From contig NW_021832263.1 of NCBI RefSeq assembly GCF_006345805.1, positions 1 through 64,000 of the forward strand: a DNA stretch of 64,000 nt, in the 5' to 3' direction. The DNA is from Octopus sinensis. Its lineage: Eukaryota. A program made the translations under genes and the position numbers. Under the pieces are notes generated by a model, which worked only from the letters and a program-made list of their open reading frames with translations, ran no database searches and was not told the origin of the DNA. Positions 1 through 11,518 of the stretch are shown here, piece by piece (position 1 is the stretch's first letter; each line of letters starts with the position of its first letter).

Positions 1-154
1 CCAAATCGAAGAATAATATCGATAAGGTTTCGAAGATGTGACGAGGGAGGAGAGTGTTTCATTTTGTTTTTGTGTTTTTTCTAATTTTTCGTATGTTCTT
101 TTCTTGTCACTCAGCTCGACTTTTTACCGTACCACACACGCACACAAGCGCGGC

Positions 155-210
<56 letters not shown>

Positions 211-228
211 TTAGGGGTATATATATAT

Positions 229-652
229 AGGTGTAGGAGTGGCAGTGTGGTAAGTAGCTTGCTTACCAACCACATGGTTCCGGGTTCAGTCCAACTGCGT
301 GGCACCTTGGGCAAGTGTCTTCTACTATAGCCTCGGGCCGACCAAAGCCTTGTGAGTGGATTTGGTAGACGGAAACTGAAAGAAGCCCTCTCGTATATAT
401 GTATATATATATATATGTGTGCGCGTGTATGTTTGTGTGTCTGTGCTTGTCCCCCTAGCATTGCTTGACAACCGATGCTGGTGTGTTTATGTCCCCGTCA
501 CTTAGCGGTTCGGCAAAAGAGACCGATAGAATAAATACTGGGCTTACAAAGAATAAGTTCTGGGGTCGAGTTGCTCGATTAAAGGCGGTGCTCCAGCATG
601 GCCGCAGTCAGATGACTGAAACAAGTAAAAGAGTGAAAAAGAGAGTAAAGAG
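229..652 (+). mobile_element. tRNA-derived SINE, family A (full length, CORE-like box)
   Basis: Pol III A/B-box-like head (GTGGCAGTGTGGTAAG...GGGTTCAGTCC), CORE-like ACCTTGGGCAAGT, internal (TA)/(TG) tract, tail CAGCATGGCCGCAGTC...GAAACAAGTAAAAGAG; near-identical copies elsewhere in the window. Confidence 0.9.
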
Positions 653-654
653 TT

Positions 655-850
655 AATCCAAACATGAAAACACAAAGAGAAAACACAACAACGCGAGGAC
701 GAGGAACAAGTATAGTGTTATTGGACGCTCAGGAAAGGAAAGAAAGAAGGAGGATTTAACGTTTCGAGCGGAGCTCTTCGTCAGAAACATAGGAAAAGGA
801 AAGATCCAAGAAGAAAGAAAAATCGCCAACGATACACACGCGGTCACATT
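655..850 (-). mobile_element. Short Penelope-like non-autonomous element / pLTR carrying a hammerhead motif
   Basis: Related copy at 15880-16010; shares GAAGAGC..GCTCGAAACGT and TTCCTGAGCGT with 13185-13380 and 51167-51335; adjacent to a GIY-YIG relic. Confidence 0.65.
754..788 (-). ncRNA. Minimal type I hammerhead ribozyme motif (intact core)
   Basis: Minus strand GUUU-CUGACGA-A-GAGC(UCC)GCUC-GAA-ACGU-U-AAAU: stem I, conserved core, stem II, palindromic ACGU in place of stem III. Confidence 0.75.
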
Positions 851-899
851 TATATATAGTTTACTGTTCGTTAAGGTAAGATCAACCAAAAAACTATTC

Positions 900-1262
900 G
901 ATACAATGAGAGATAAATATCATTTATTGTAGAGCGTATATAGATACGAGATACTAATAGTTTCAAGCGAGATGAAGAGTTACATTGGGTTATGTGAAGG
1001 AGATTTCGAATGACGTTATGTAATCTTCTTTCCGGCACATCAATAAAAATAAAGTCATAAATTTGACTAGCCACGTACGGGGTTGGAAGACCAACTGCAC
1101 ACTATTTACAATCAAGAGGAAAATCGTAGAGAAATTCATGCCTTGTGTTAATGGATCAAAGAAATGCAACTTATGCACAACTGAAAGATGGTATATTTTT
1201 AGATCTCATGATTCCACTGCACTACTGAATTCCAAATCATAAATTTTCAGCAAATGCAATCA
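900..1262 (+). pseudogene. Penelope-like GIY-YIG endonuclease C-terminal relic
   Basis: Translates to YIGLCEGDFE*RY ... CVNGSKKCNLCTTERWYIFRS, resembling the PLE GIY-YIG domain with its C-terminal CxLC motif; stops and frameshifts. Confidence 0.7.
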
Positions 1263-1289
1263 GATGTCACGGCACGGCCTGATGCACGC

Positions 1290-3260
1290 TGAATCTCTGC
1301 TTCACCTCACAAACATGCTCTTTATGGAGCAAATAATCCTCCACCCCAAAAGTGGAAAAAATGTCCTGGACCTTTGCTTCATAAATAACAGTTGCTCATC
1401 CATAATGTTAAGGTGACACCGACGATTTTCTCAGACCATAACTTAATAGAACTAACAATGTCTGGTCTGTAGAAGACTACAGCCATGCAGGCTACTAGAA
1501 GCACCCATCTCCTCTCCAACCTGAGCTTTCACAAAGTTGGTTGGAAGAGTATCGAGAAAGAGATAATGGAACAAAACTGGTCTACCAGTTTCTCTACGCA
1601 AGATATTAACATAAAGTTGCAGCACTTTATGACAATCATGCACGACATATGCAGTAAGTCTCTGTTCTAGAGAGAATGCTAAACCAACTCAAAAATATAA
1701 TTCCCAGGGATAGGAGGACTGTAACGCGACGACGTGCAAAAATCTCAAATCGTCTAAATGGGCGATTAAAGGCTAACAAACGATTCTATTTCAAACAAAC
1801 GTTGCCCGACAACGAAAATGAACTCAAACACTCCCATGAAAAGGAGAGGACAGAAAAAGAAGCCAGGGCTATCAAAAATATTAAGGAAAACCCTAAAGTC
1901 TTCTACAGATATCATCCAAAAGTGTCTGCTTCAGTACGATACAAAACAGGGCCGCTGTTTGAAGTAAATGGCTCGCCCACTGCAGGCCCCGCTCCCAGAG
2001 GATCAGTGAAATACTGAATATGCAATACAAGATTATTTTCACCACTCTATTGGGACATTTGCAAGCAGCTATATCTAATGAGTTCTTTCGCACCACAGAT
2101 CTACTACAAATTAATGGCAATTATTGATAGCAGCAAAATAGCAGAAGGAGATGAAATGTCGGCCATTGATGAAATGAGCTCAAACTTAGCCATGGGCCCT
2201 GATGGATTCCCAGCAACCCTTCAAAAGAAATGCAAAGGGGCTCTAGCAAAACCACCTCAGATTCCCTTCCAACTGGTAGACTTCCAAAAAGTTAAAGGAA
2301 AACATGATATGTCCTGTCCTTAATGGAGGTAGCAGAGCAAATGCTGAAAATTATAGACCTGTCTCTCTATCTTCTCTATCTTCTCAAAATCATAGAATGC
2401 ACTGTCAGGAAGGAACTCATTGCGTTCCTTGAAGATAATGACTTGCTTCCTGATACCCAGCAGGGCTTCCGATCAGGAAGAAGCTGCTTTACACAGCTTT
2501 TGCAGCACTATCACCGGGTGCTGAAACAATGAATCACTCGACTTTGCAAAGGCCGTTGACAAAGTTGAGCATGGGATGATATGTCACAAGCAACAGAGAC
2601 TCGGGTAGCCGGGAAACTTAGAGAGTGGTTGCATGACTTCTTAGAAGACAGAAGCTAGGCTATGGAAGCCAACAGAGCGCTCTTCAAGGAGACAATAATG
2701 GAGAGTGGAGTACCTCAGGGAACTGTATTGGGGCTGCTGCTATTCATGGTGGCTCTTTCAGACATGCCATCAGTTACACAAACAGAGATACTCACCAGCT
2801 ATGCCGACGATACAAAAGTACAAGCAGCCAAGGAACCTTCTGATGCTAATCTTCAACAGAAAAATCTAGATGTCATATATAAATAGGATGAGGGAAACAA
2901 CATGCAATTTGCAGGGAAATTCCAAGCCCTCCGCTACCAGCTAATTGGTGCTCAGAAGCCGCAACAACGACACTTTGGACCATAAGTAACGGCAATCCCA
3001 GAATCACTTACAGTGCATGATTTCGGGATTGATAAGAGCAACGATGCCCCGTTTCGTGTGCATATCACCAAGCTATTTGACGCCTTGCCAAGACGTCTGA
3101 GGCATCTTCATGGATTGGGGGTAGATGTTTTTAAAAAACCAGCTTGACCTCCTGCTATCCAAGGTCCCGAGATGAACCAATACCAAACAAGAAACTCGAA
3201 AGAGGGCAGCAGTGTCGATCTCCCTCCTTCACCAAAAGCCAATCACATAAGATTGGCCTT
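1290..3260 (+). mobile_element. Degraded CR1-group LINE ORF2 (endonuclease end plus reverse transcriptase)
   Basis: Fragments KNIKENPKVFYRY, MGPDGFPA, NYRPVSL, QQGFRSGRSCFTQLL, DFAKAVDKV, SGVPQGTVLG, YADDTKV; many frameshifts. Confidence 0.9.
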
Positions 3261-3735
3261 TTTTTTTGAAAAGGTGATTACACGGGTGGTGCTTTTGCAT
3301 GACCACAACCATAAAGCTGAAACGTGTAAAAGAATAAAAGAATATGGACAAATTTCTTTTGATAAACTTGTGCATACCACCTTCTCCGGATTGAGCAGCT
3401 TTCTATATAGATTTTGGACTCCTCGCCCTTGAATTATTCTACATCTGCTTAATTATGACTTCACACGGAAAGGAGTCATAATTCTAATTTTCTTTTTTCT
3501 TTTCTCGTTTTTTTTTTTTTTTACCCTTACACTTTTTGCATGTATAGCTTTTTCTCGTGATTTCATTTGCTCTAGCATCCTGATTTGTACACTGAAAAAG
3601 CCATGTGCTCAGATCCAGGAGGTTGCTTGGAGACACAAGACACGTTATAAAAACCTGCCCAGACTTGCGTCTCCATTGCATGAATCTATTAGTAATTCGT
3701 AACTGTACACTGTGTACTATATATATATATATATA

Positions 3736-3970
3736 TATACTTTATTTAAAGCAGCAGAAAATTCAACAAAACCTGTTACTCTGAGTTTCCGTTGCCGTTC
3801 GTCGGACAGTTTTTTCTAGCAAAAACTGTCCGACGAACGGCAACGGGAAACTCAGAGTAACAGGTTTTGTTGAATTCTCTGCTGCCTTAAATAAAGTATA
3901 TTACTCTACCACTGGTATTTGAGTACTCTTTTTTCCACCTTGTTTCACATTTATGTGTTTACTCCGGTTA
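3736..3970. repeat. Foldback element: about 80-bp inverted repeat between (TA)n tracts, hammerhead-like motif at the centre
   Basis: Arms 3736-3814 and 3821-3900 differ by 2 substitutions and 1 indel; loop TCTAGC. Confidence 0.9.
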
Positions 3971-3998
3971 TATATATATATATACTCTCACATATGTA

Positions 3999-4032
<34 letters not shown>

Positions 4033-4151
4033 CTCACATATGTATATATATCTGTATATATATATAGAGAGAGAGATAGATATACATATATATATATACA
4101 CACACACACATATATATATATATACAACTACATTCATACATACACACACAT

Positions 4152-4186
<35 letters not shown>

Positions 4187-4459
4187 ACACACACATATAT
4201 ATATATATGCTTATAGAGTCGTTGAATGTCTGACAACTCCGCCGCTTCAAAACAATCGATACCAGCCTTTCACTATCCTTTACTTTCTCTTAAAATAGGG
4301 GTCGTAATCCCAAAACATTGAAATGCCGTTTAAAAATGTAAACTGTTGCTTTGTTTAGTTTCGTTTTTGTTTCCATCCTTTTGTTTTTATCCCACATGCA
4401 ACATAATGGCTTTCTAAAGGAATTACACACATATATCATATGTATATCATATATATCTC

Positions 4460-4497
<38 letters not shown>

Positions 4498-5149
4498 CAT
4501 TTAAAATGTATATACAAACGTAGAACAGTGTTAGCTCTAATATTTTGTCTCTGAGAAACTTCTTAATGAGACTTACATGTTAAGAAGCTTAGATTTTGCT
4601 AAGAATGCCAACGGCAGATTGTTAAGAAAACAGATATTCCAATCTCTTTTGTTTTCTTCAGTAACGAACACCTCTGGATATTCTGACCTAAGGGGAAAAA
4701 GATTCATTCCGATATATGGAAATCAGTAAACAAAGCTTTCAGTGATTAGATAGAAAGCTGGCCAGGTAAAAAATCTAATCAATATATTCACTTGAAACAG
4801 CGAGCCCTGTATTTTCTAATGCACAAATCTCTTTGACAAGTTTGTCTGTGACCAAATACTGCTGTTCTCTGTTTGTATGTAGATTAGTAATGCTATACAC
4901 ATTATAACAGGCGCAAGAGTGGCTGTGTGGTAAGTAGCTTGCTTACCGACCATATGGTTCTAGGTTCAGTCGAGTGTTAATCTACAAATTTAACAACATT
5001 TTTTCCATTCATTTCTGTTTATGAACATGTATGCGTGCACAAAACATGCAATAGGTGTACGTACGTACGTGTGTGTATGTGTGTTCGTGTCTGTTGCCCA
5101 TATATATTTATATTATATATAATATATATATAGTATATATACATATATA

Positions 5150-5277
5150 ATATAACTAATTTCAAAAGATTTCGCCCAAATTTGACGTCTATATTACTTA
5201 GTTTGGTTTGAAATAAAGAACTTGATTAACTCAATAATCGGAACTTAATCCCGGGCAAGGCCGGGTTACACTGCTAG
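5150..5277 (+). mobile_element. Helitron 3' terminus
   Basis: GC-rich hairpin CCCGG-GCAAGG-CCGGG followed a few nt later by CTAG (5274-5277) and T, the canonical Helitron end. Confidence 0.65.
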
Positions 5278-5507
5278 TTATCCCTAAAAAGACGGCTTGC
5301 TGAAGTCTGCACTGTCTTTGTTGATAGCTTGGCAGTATCATTAATTGACACATTATTAATTATCTTATAACAGCAATGCCTGGAAAAATCATAAATTACA
5401 TGGAAAAATGCAAACATGAAAAGTAATATTCTTAAGATTATAAACCTGGAAATGTACAGGACAAGTTATTACACCTGTAAAAGTATAGGACAAACTATTA
5501 CTTCATG
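5278..5507. mobile_element. Left end of a long-TIR MITE family
   Basis: Begins TTATCCCTAAAAAGAC, reverse complement of the 8622-8637 end; homologous to arms of 8025-8637. Confidence 0.7.
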
Positions 5508-5838
5508 TGACACCTTGGGCAAGTGTCTTCTATTATAGTCTCGGGCCGACCAAAGTCTTGTGAGTGGATTTGGTAGACGGAAACTGAAAGAAGCCCATCA
5601 TATATATGTATATATATATATATATGTATGTGTGCATGTGTCTGTGTCTGTATTTGTCCCCACAACCCCAACATCGCTTGACAACCGATGCTGGTGTGTT
5701 TACGTCCCTGTAACTTAGCGGTTCGACAAAAGAGACCGATAGAATAAATACTAGGCTTACAAAGAATAAGTCCCGGGGTCGATTTGCTCGACTAAAGGCG
5801 GTGCTCCAGCATGGCCGAAGTCAAATGACTAAAAGAGT
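5508..5838 (+). mobile_element. SINE family A, 5'-truncated
   Basis: Matches 229-652 from ACCTTGGGCAAGT onward. Confidence 0.9.
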
Positions 5839-6145
5839 ATTATTTTAATATGATGATGTTTCAAGAGCGTATATTGATTTAATTTTAGTCTGGCCAGCTT
5901 TCATATAGATCAGTGAATATTTGGTTTACTGATGTCCATATCGGAACATTTTTCTTTTGATTTTGTTCAGAGAGTCTGGGTCTATTTGCCACTTGGGAAA
6001 GTAAATGAGGTCGAAACATTGACAATATTCCGTGAGAGGTCTGTGTTTTCTGATTCATAATTCTTTTTGAGAAGTTTTTCCGAGACAAAATATCATAGCT
6101 AGCCCCATTCTACGTTATTAGGTGTATTAGAAATGTTATTCACAT

Positions 6146-6226
<81 letters not shown>

Positions 6227-6317
6227 TATATAATAAAATACATACATACATACATACATACATACATACATACAACATACATACATACATACATACATAC
6301 ATAAATACATACATACA

Positions 6318-6362
<45 letters not shown>

Positions 6363-6512
6363 AATAGGTGAATGAATTATCCTGTGTTTATCGTCAGCAT
6401 GGAAAATTCGTTAACATTCCTGTGTGATAGTGCAGAGCCTTACTGAAATTTGTTAACATTTTCGTTCGACTCCATTCTTTTATTTATATATATATATATA
6501 TATATATACATA

Positions 6513-7759
6513 CACGGGGCGTAAGATATTTGAGAACAGATTTATGTTTATATATATATAAAAATCAGATATATAATAACAGATAAAAAATGCTATGAGG
6601 ATAAAAATAAACCTTCTTTTCTATAATGTTATCCATAAAGCCACCTTCAGCTTCAATAACTGCTTCTATTAGAGATCTAAATTATTGACATGCTCGAATC
6701 AAGTGGTCCTGGTACATCTTGGACATTACTCTGATTATGGCACCTTTCAAAGAATCTTTGGTGTTATGGGCATGTTCATTGACCTCTTTCTCAACAATGT
6801 TCCACGTGGAATAGTCCACTGAATTGAGATCTGGGGAATTAGGAGGCCAAATGTTAGGGGTTGTGTGAGCATGGAAATTTTCAGCCGTCCATTCCTGTTA
6901 CTAGAGCTATGTGTGATAGTGCAAAGTCTTACTGAAACACATATGGCCTTCCATTGTATACACTGTCTATCCAGGGCTTAACAATTATTTCTAGGACCTC
7001 AATGTAGACGGCAGAGTTAACTCTAAGGCCTTGTGGAAAGAAGTAAAGTGGCATCACATCTCCTTCATCGCTGACAACTCCTAAAACCACGACAGTTGCA
7101 GGAAATTTTGAATGCATAACACAGGAACTTCAGAAGGGTCTGCACATAACCATCTATCATTTCTTCTGTTAACTTTTTGATCTTGGTCGAAGCTTTTCTC
7201 GTTTAAGAAAAACCAAATCAAATCTTCTTCCGCTGGATTTTTCATTTTGTTCAAGAGCCATTTAGATCTGATGTAGTGGTTTTCTTTTGCTTTTTCTGAC
7301 CAAATGACCTTTCCTCATCATATGAGACTTATATCTCATGTCTTCATGGACAACATTTCTGACTGTTCCTTCTGACACATGGAGATATTTTGCAAGTGAC
7401 CTCATGAATTTTGGGGATTGTAATCAATGGTCTGTTGAGCTTACTGGATAAATTCAGGTGTTCTGATGATTTCAGAGCGTTTAGAATGCTTTTTATGCTT
7501 TGATACTGGTGATACGTTTCCATCTTCAGTCTCTAGCTCCTTATAAACTTCGTAGACGAACGATATGACAACTTTTACAAATCGAGATATTTCTAAATCA
7601 CTATGCTCAGCCTTTATAACCACAATAACAGCATGCCTCTTCATTTCTTGAGTAAGTTGAGGGTCTGCCATTATTATTTACTGAAACAAAGATTATACAG
7701 AGTTAGCAAAAATGCAGCAATGACCCCAAAAGGTATGTCCTCAAATACCTTACGCACCC

Positions 7760-7762
<3 letters not shown>
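6513..7762 (-). mobile_element. Tc1/mariner transposon relic (possibly maT/DD37D-like), about 1.25 kb
   Basis: TIRs CACGGGGCGTAAGATATTTGAG / CTCAAATACCTTACGCACCCTG flanked by TA tracts; transposase fragments VMPLYFFPQGLRVNS, GRPYVFQ*DFALSH, WPPNSPDLNSVDY. Confidence 0.85.
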
Positions 7763-7816
<54 letters not shown>

Positions 7817-7903
7817 TGTCAATATACATATATCAGGAAAAAAAAGCACACTCTAATGAATAGAGCTGTCCGCGAAATAGAAGGTAAAATTTGACTTTGT
7901 ATA

Positions 7904-7967
7904 GAGCCTGATGAGCTGTCCATAAGGCTGTAAGTTTCGTGGATACGAAACAACAAAACCATTGCTC
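7904..7967 (+). ncRNA. Degenerate type I hammerhead-like motif
   Basis: GAGC-CUGAUGA-[GCUGUCC..GGAUAC]-GAAAC-AACAAAACC-AUU-GCUC; stem I 4 bp, stem III poor; lies between two (TA)n tracts. Confidence 0.45.
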
Positions 7968-8024
7968 ACTCTATGACCGAAATTTGACATTTTGTTTATA
8001 TATATATATATATATATATATACA

Positions 8025-8637
8025 TGAAAAAAAGCGAGCGTGAAAATTCATATTCTTAAGATTATAAACTCGGAAAAGTACAAGACAAGTTATTACACCT
8101 GTAAAAGTATAGGGCAAGTTATTACTTCAAGTAAAAAATAAGAAACTTTTACTTAGAATATTGCAGCAATGAATGCCAGTTCTAATTTATCACTCTTTAC
8201 AGTTCTCATCTTTTAAATTTATTGTACAAAACTGTTCAGCTAATTTTGAAGTTTGTCTAATTAGTCACTTTTTCTGTATTTATGGCAGTAAATTAGCCAA
8301 ATTTTACTTAAATAAGTATAGTGTTATTTATAATCTATAATACAATCATTACTAATATTCAAATTTTAATTTTAGCTGCAATATTTAAGTAAAAATTTTG
8401 TATTCTTTACTTCACTTGAAGTAATAGCTTGTCCTATACTTTTACAGGTGTAATAACTTGTCCTGTACATTTCCAGGTTTGTAATCTTAAGAATATTACT
8501 TTTCATGCTCGCATTTTTCCATGTAATCCATGATTGTTCCAAGCATTGCAGTTATAAGATAATTAATAATGTGTCAATTAATGATACTGCCAACTTATCA
8601 TCAAAGACATTGCAGCCTTCAGTCTTTTTAGGGATAA
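8025..8637. mobile_element. Long-TIR MITE (left arm truncated)
   Basis: Inverted arms about 8030-8170 and 8375-8515; right end GTCTTTTTAGGGATAA. Confidence 0.75.
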
Positions 8638-8929
8638 TGAAGGACATTACATACAATGGGCGTGTGATTTAGGTAAGGGGATACTTTGGCTGCTATTTTT
8701 AGCGTGTCGAACGACCAGGTAGAGGCTCTTTCATTGGTTCGATTGCGTGATGAGATTTTCTTTACACATATATGTAATATATATATCATCTCAGAAGTTA
8801 GAGAGTAACTGAAAAGCTGAGTTTCGTGTACTGGCACTTATCAAACACGAATTTGTCCATTGTCACCCTGTAACTTCTGACGAAATAACTTGGATGTAAG
8901 CCAAAACGAAATAAAAAAATTGCCCACAA

Positions 8930-10140
8930 TAAAAAAAAACATTGTTCAAAAGTAGATGTTCCGTGGTCAAGACTACACATCGATTTCGCTGGTCCTTTGG
9001 TGGTAGTTGATAGTTTCTCGAAATGGCCTGAAATTTGTAAGTGTAAAAAACCAACCTCCTCAACTGTGATAAATTTTGTTTGCAAGATTTGTCATCCCAG
9101 ACAAGATAGTATCTGACAGTGGAACGCAATTTGTGTTTAGCAAATTAAAAAAAAATCGTGAAACTTTTGCGGTAGAACATATAACTACGGCGCCATACCA
9201 TTCTAGACTTAACGGACAAGCAGAATGCTTTGTCGATACCTTCAAGAGAGCCCTAAGAAAATCGAATAAGGAAGTCATGGATGAGGTAGCTCTAAAACAA
9301 TTTTTAAGAGTGTACCGTGTGACACGAAATCCGAACACACCAGCAGGTAGCTCACCTGCAGAGGTGATGTTTGCAAGGAATGTAAAATCAGTCTTTGATA
9401 AATTGCTACTTGGTAAGGGAAGAAAAAAGTGCGTGGGAAGACTTAGCAAGATTTTTTAAAGTTTGTGAAAAGGTGTATACGAGGGCATACATGAACACGC
9501 TATGAGTTAGCTGCCGAGTTTCAGTGGGAAAAGCAGGGCTCGTAGGGTCGGCAATCCTGGTGTTCCCACTTCATGTGTCATTTTATGTTGTGTTGTAAAA
9601 TTTGTATATCATCCGATTTCTTCGATTTCGTTTTCGAATTTGTGTAAATTTTTAAAGATCATTTTTATGTAATCTCCATTCGTTTCTCATGACTCCAAAT
9701 CATGATGTATTGTCCAACTCTATGTTAGCCCCTTGTGGGCAATAAAGAAATAAGAATGAAAAGCAGAGTTGGGAAGATGGCGTAATTACCAAATGCTTTG
9801 GTAAAATGATGTATTGGGTAAAAAGTAGAAAAAGGCAGAGGAAAGAGACACAGGAACCAACTGAAAAGGGGATTCGTGGAAAGCGAACCAAAGAAGTTGG
9901 AAGAACCGATGGAATGGTTTTACGATACGTTCCAAGTACCAACGCCACCGCAGGGGATTGAACCCAGATGTACAAGTGAGAGGAAAACAAATAATACAGA
10001 GTTCCTGAAAATAGACCCCAAATGCAAAAAATATGAAACTGTACGAAAAATACTAAAAAAATGGAGGTGGGGTTTATAAAAAAATTATTGCTAAATAAAA
10101 TGGCACTGCCTAAGAAAATCTTAAAAGGGGAGACGTGGTA
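8930..10140 (+). mobile_element. Ty3/Gypsy integrase relic with polypurine tract, interrupted by an insertion at 9479-9752
   Basis: PWSRLHIDFAGP, VVDSFSKWPE, IVSDSGTQF, APYHSRLNGQAE, SPAEVMF; C-terminus continues after the insertion (SWEDGVITK); PPT-like AAAAGGGGAG near 10122-10131. Confidence 0.85.
9479..9752 (+). mobile_element. 5'-truncated non-LTR element end whose tail matches SINE family B
   Basis: Ends CTCTATGTTAGCCCCTTGTGGGCAATAAAGAAATA; splits the Gypsy integrase; diverged homolog at about 10650-10908. Confidence 0.55.
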
Positions 10141-10269
10141 GAGAATTAGTAATAATGGTACACCCCTCCCATGTGGCGAATGGAATAACCTGGTGGCTAT
10201 AAGTAAAGAGAGTACGAAGCTGTTGGTCAGAGATAGACGTGTTTTTACTGGTTTTATTAAGTATACTGT

Positions 10270-10498
10270 ATACCTATTTCTTTACTACCCACAAGGGGCT
10301 AAACACAGAGGGGACAAACAAGGACAGACAAACGGATTAAGTCGATTACATCGACCCCAGTGCGTAACTGGTATTTAATTTATCGACCCCGAAAGGATGA
10401 AAGGCAAAGTCGACCTCGGCGGAATTTGAACTCAGAACGGAACGGCAGACGAAATACTGCTAAGCATTTCGCCCGGCGTACTAAAGTTTCTGCCAGCT
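10270..10498 (-). mobile_element. tRNA-derived SINE family B (Meta-domain-like core)
   Basis: Head CTGGCAGAA.CGTTAG...GAGTTCAAATTCC, core GCCTTTCATCCTTTCGGGGTCGATAAATTAA.TACCAG resembling the Meta/Sauria SINE central domain, tail GTAGTAAAGAAATAGGTAT. Confidence 0.85.
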
Positions 10499-10649
10499 AC
10501 CGAAGTAGGCATTATAATAATCCAACATTTTCTCATCTCCGGTCTCGGGTTGGTGAGATTTTTTATCTTGCACCTTAAAAGGAAGGTGAGGTTGGAGAGA
10601 AGATGCCTCTCAAAGAAAATGTTCAAAGAAAGATGGTTGCATGTTGCGA

Positions 10650-10908
10650 GGGTGCTGAGAATGAACGATTCCTCGTGAACATGTCATAAAGTCTGCATAC
10701 AAAAGTTTCAGTAGGTGAATGGGGCTCGTGGGGTCGGAGCGTAAGCCATCTCTCTGCTTCATTTCATGTTTGTATTTCGTCCTTGTTGTATCTCACTCGA
10801 TTTCATTCGACTCCATTATACTTTGTAAAATTTAAAAAGTCATATAATCATTGTGTCTGACCCCAATCAGGCTCTATTGTTTGGGCCCTTGTGGCTAATA
10901 AAGAAATT
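10650..10908 (+). mobile_element. Second diverged copy of the 9479-9752 element
   Basis: Shared blocks GTTTCAGT.GG, GGGCTCGT.GGGTCGG, TGTAAA.TTT.AAA, CCCTTGTGG.(C/T)AATAAAGAAAT. Confidence 0.5.
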
Positions 10909-11284
10909 GGATGTAACAGTTGTCTATATTCAGAGAGTAGGATTGGATTTGTGCAAATCCTTTCTCCACTATAAAAGATCATCATGCACAGGCATCGCTT
11001 GAAAAAGAAGTAATACCTATCACAAAAATGTTTGGTCGTAGCCTTCGCATGCGTAGAACTTTCGATCAGGTGATGGCAATACTCGGAACACGAGTTTGCA
11101 GTCATTGTGTATATATGTATGTATGTATCTTTGTATGTATGTATGTATGTATGTATGTATGTATGTATGTATGTATGTATGTATGTATGCATGTATGTAT
11201 GCATGTATGTATGTGTGTGTATGTATGTGTGTATGTATGTATGTATGTATGTATGTTTTTATGTATGTATTTTCTTTTTTTTTT

Positions 11285-11485
11285 TTCTTTTACTTGTTTC
11301 AGTCATTTGACGGTGGCCATGCTGGAGCACCACCTTTAGTCGAGCAAATCGACCCCGGGACTTATTCTTAGTAAGCCAAGTACTTATTCTATCGGTCTCT
11401 TTTGCCGAACCGCTAAGTGACGGGGACGTAAACACACCAGCATCGGTTGTCAAGCAATGCTAGGGGAACAAACACAGACACACAA

Positions 11486-11518
<33 letters not shown>

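Noticed and set aside
207-656. Recurrent small ORFs (MSSNARGT..., MTTDAGVF..., MRNWYLIY...) seen at many loci
   Set aside because: They are translations of SINE A and SINE B copies, not a gene family
3451-3486. Hairpin AATTATGACT...AGTCATAATT-CTAA as a Helitron end or terminator
   Set aside because: AT-rich stem with the wrong spacing to CTRR; no supporting context
9479-9752. Gypsy LTR pair (with 10650-10908)
   Set aside because: The first copy interrupts the integrase reading frame and lies upstream of the polypurine tract, so it is an insertion rather than an LTR
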